Positions 38,360 through 38,868 of a stretch of 38,868 bases of DNA are shown here, in pieces. Under the pieces are notes generated by a model that saw nothing but the letters and a program-made list of their open reading frames with translations, searched no databases and was not told the DNA's origin. The stretch comes from Promethearchaeota archaeon (GTDB taxonomy: Archaea; Asgardarchaeota; Thorarchaeia; Thorarchaeales; Thorarchaeaceae). Position 1 is the first letter of the stretch, and each line of letters begins with the position of its first letter. A program made the position numbers and the translations under genes. The stretch covers positions 39,207 to 78,074 of the forward strand of contig JBHLPF010000013.1 in NCBI GenBank assembly GCA_048939765.1. The letters are read 5' to 3'.

Positions 38360-38868
38360 TTGGTTCGAGCTCGATTTGTGCTCTTCATAATTCCAGTTCT
38401 ACTACTTGCAAGTGCGATTATAGCTCAAGAGCCCAAGGGGTTGTTGGGTATTGATCTGGCAAATGCTGAAATCGCAGATGGAGCTCTACCATCAGAAGTG
38501 CAAACTAGTTACACGGGTATTGGGGCATCATTCAATGTAGACCTCGTGGGTGAATTCGCAAACGGCAGTTCTTGGAGCAATTCTACGACAAGTCTTGCGG
38601 AAGATCTCACGCCAGGCACTTCCTTCTCTGTTACTAATGGCAGTGCAACGGTTGAGTGGACTGCCTACGTCTTGATATCTCCTCCATACAACATAAGCTC
38701 GGTCAATCTCACACTTACAAATATCCCAACCTCCTGGAGCCTTTCTGATGTTCTGGATTCCAGTTCAGTTTCTCGATATCCAAGTGCCGGGATAGATGCT
38801 GCTTCGGGTGAGGTAAATGTATCTTCATCCGTCATTGATGTTTTTGGGATATGGACCTTTACTTTCAC
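38360..38868 (+). CDS. Secreted Ser/Thr-rich surface glycoprotein (5' part; not in ORF track)
   Basis: GAGGAGG RBS, then TTG 38360, open to the window end. MVRARFVLFIIPVLLLASAIIAQ signal peptide; six N-x-S/T sequons in 169 aa. Confidence 0.82.
   Translation, partial: MVRARFVLFIIPVLLLASAIIAQEPKGLLGIDLANAEIADGALPSEVQTSYTGIGASFNVDLVGEFANGSSWSNSTTSLAEDLTPGTSFSVTNGSATVEWTAYVLISPPYNISSVNLTLTNIPTSWSLSDVLDSSSVSRYPSAGIDAASGEVNVSSSVIDVFGIWTFTF

Noticed and set aside
38665-38868. Minus-strand 67-aa ORF
   Set aside because: It is the shadow of the plus-strand secreted protein, which has an RBS and signal peptide.

Overview
Archaeal chromosomal window with GGAG/GGTGA Shine-Dalgarno sites, thermosome, archaeal HMG-CoA synthase/thiolase/DUF35 cluster and GTP-type dephospho-CoA kinase; the gene content and protein style suggest an Asgard archaeon, probably Thorarchaeia (inference). 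Left end: a minus-strand operon of a catalytically dead classical AAA protein, an SMC5/6-like SMC and a kleisin/ScpA-like gene missed by the ORF track (runs off the window). Divergent from it is a MoxR AAA+ / HExxH-vWA pair. Next is a tightly coupled five-gene operon encoding HydABC/Bfu-type bifurcating subunits (NuoE-, NuoF- and a Mo-less NuoG/FdhA-like subunit) plus NfnAB. The middle holds cofactor and lipid genes (Nnr, fused PPAT-DPCK, mevalonate complex, SAMP/ThiS, Cys-less AsnB), several divergent hypotheticals, trxB and a thermosome. The right end holds a korAB-fumC-sdhAB operon without membrane anchors, a DinB protein and the start of an unannotated secreted glycoprotein. I saw no rRNA, tRNA, CRISPR or mobile element. 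Best candidates for an undescribed system: the pseudo-AAA + SMC5/6-like + kleisin operon, and the Bfu(HydABC-like)+NfnAB operon. All calls come from reading motifs by eye; no database search was run.
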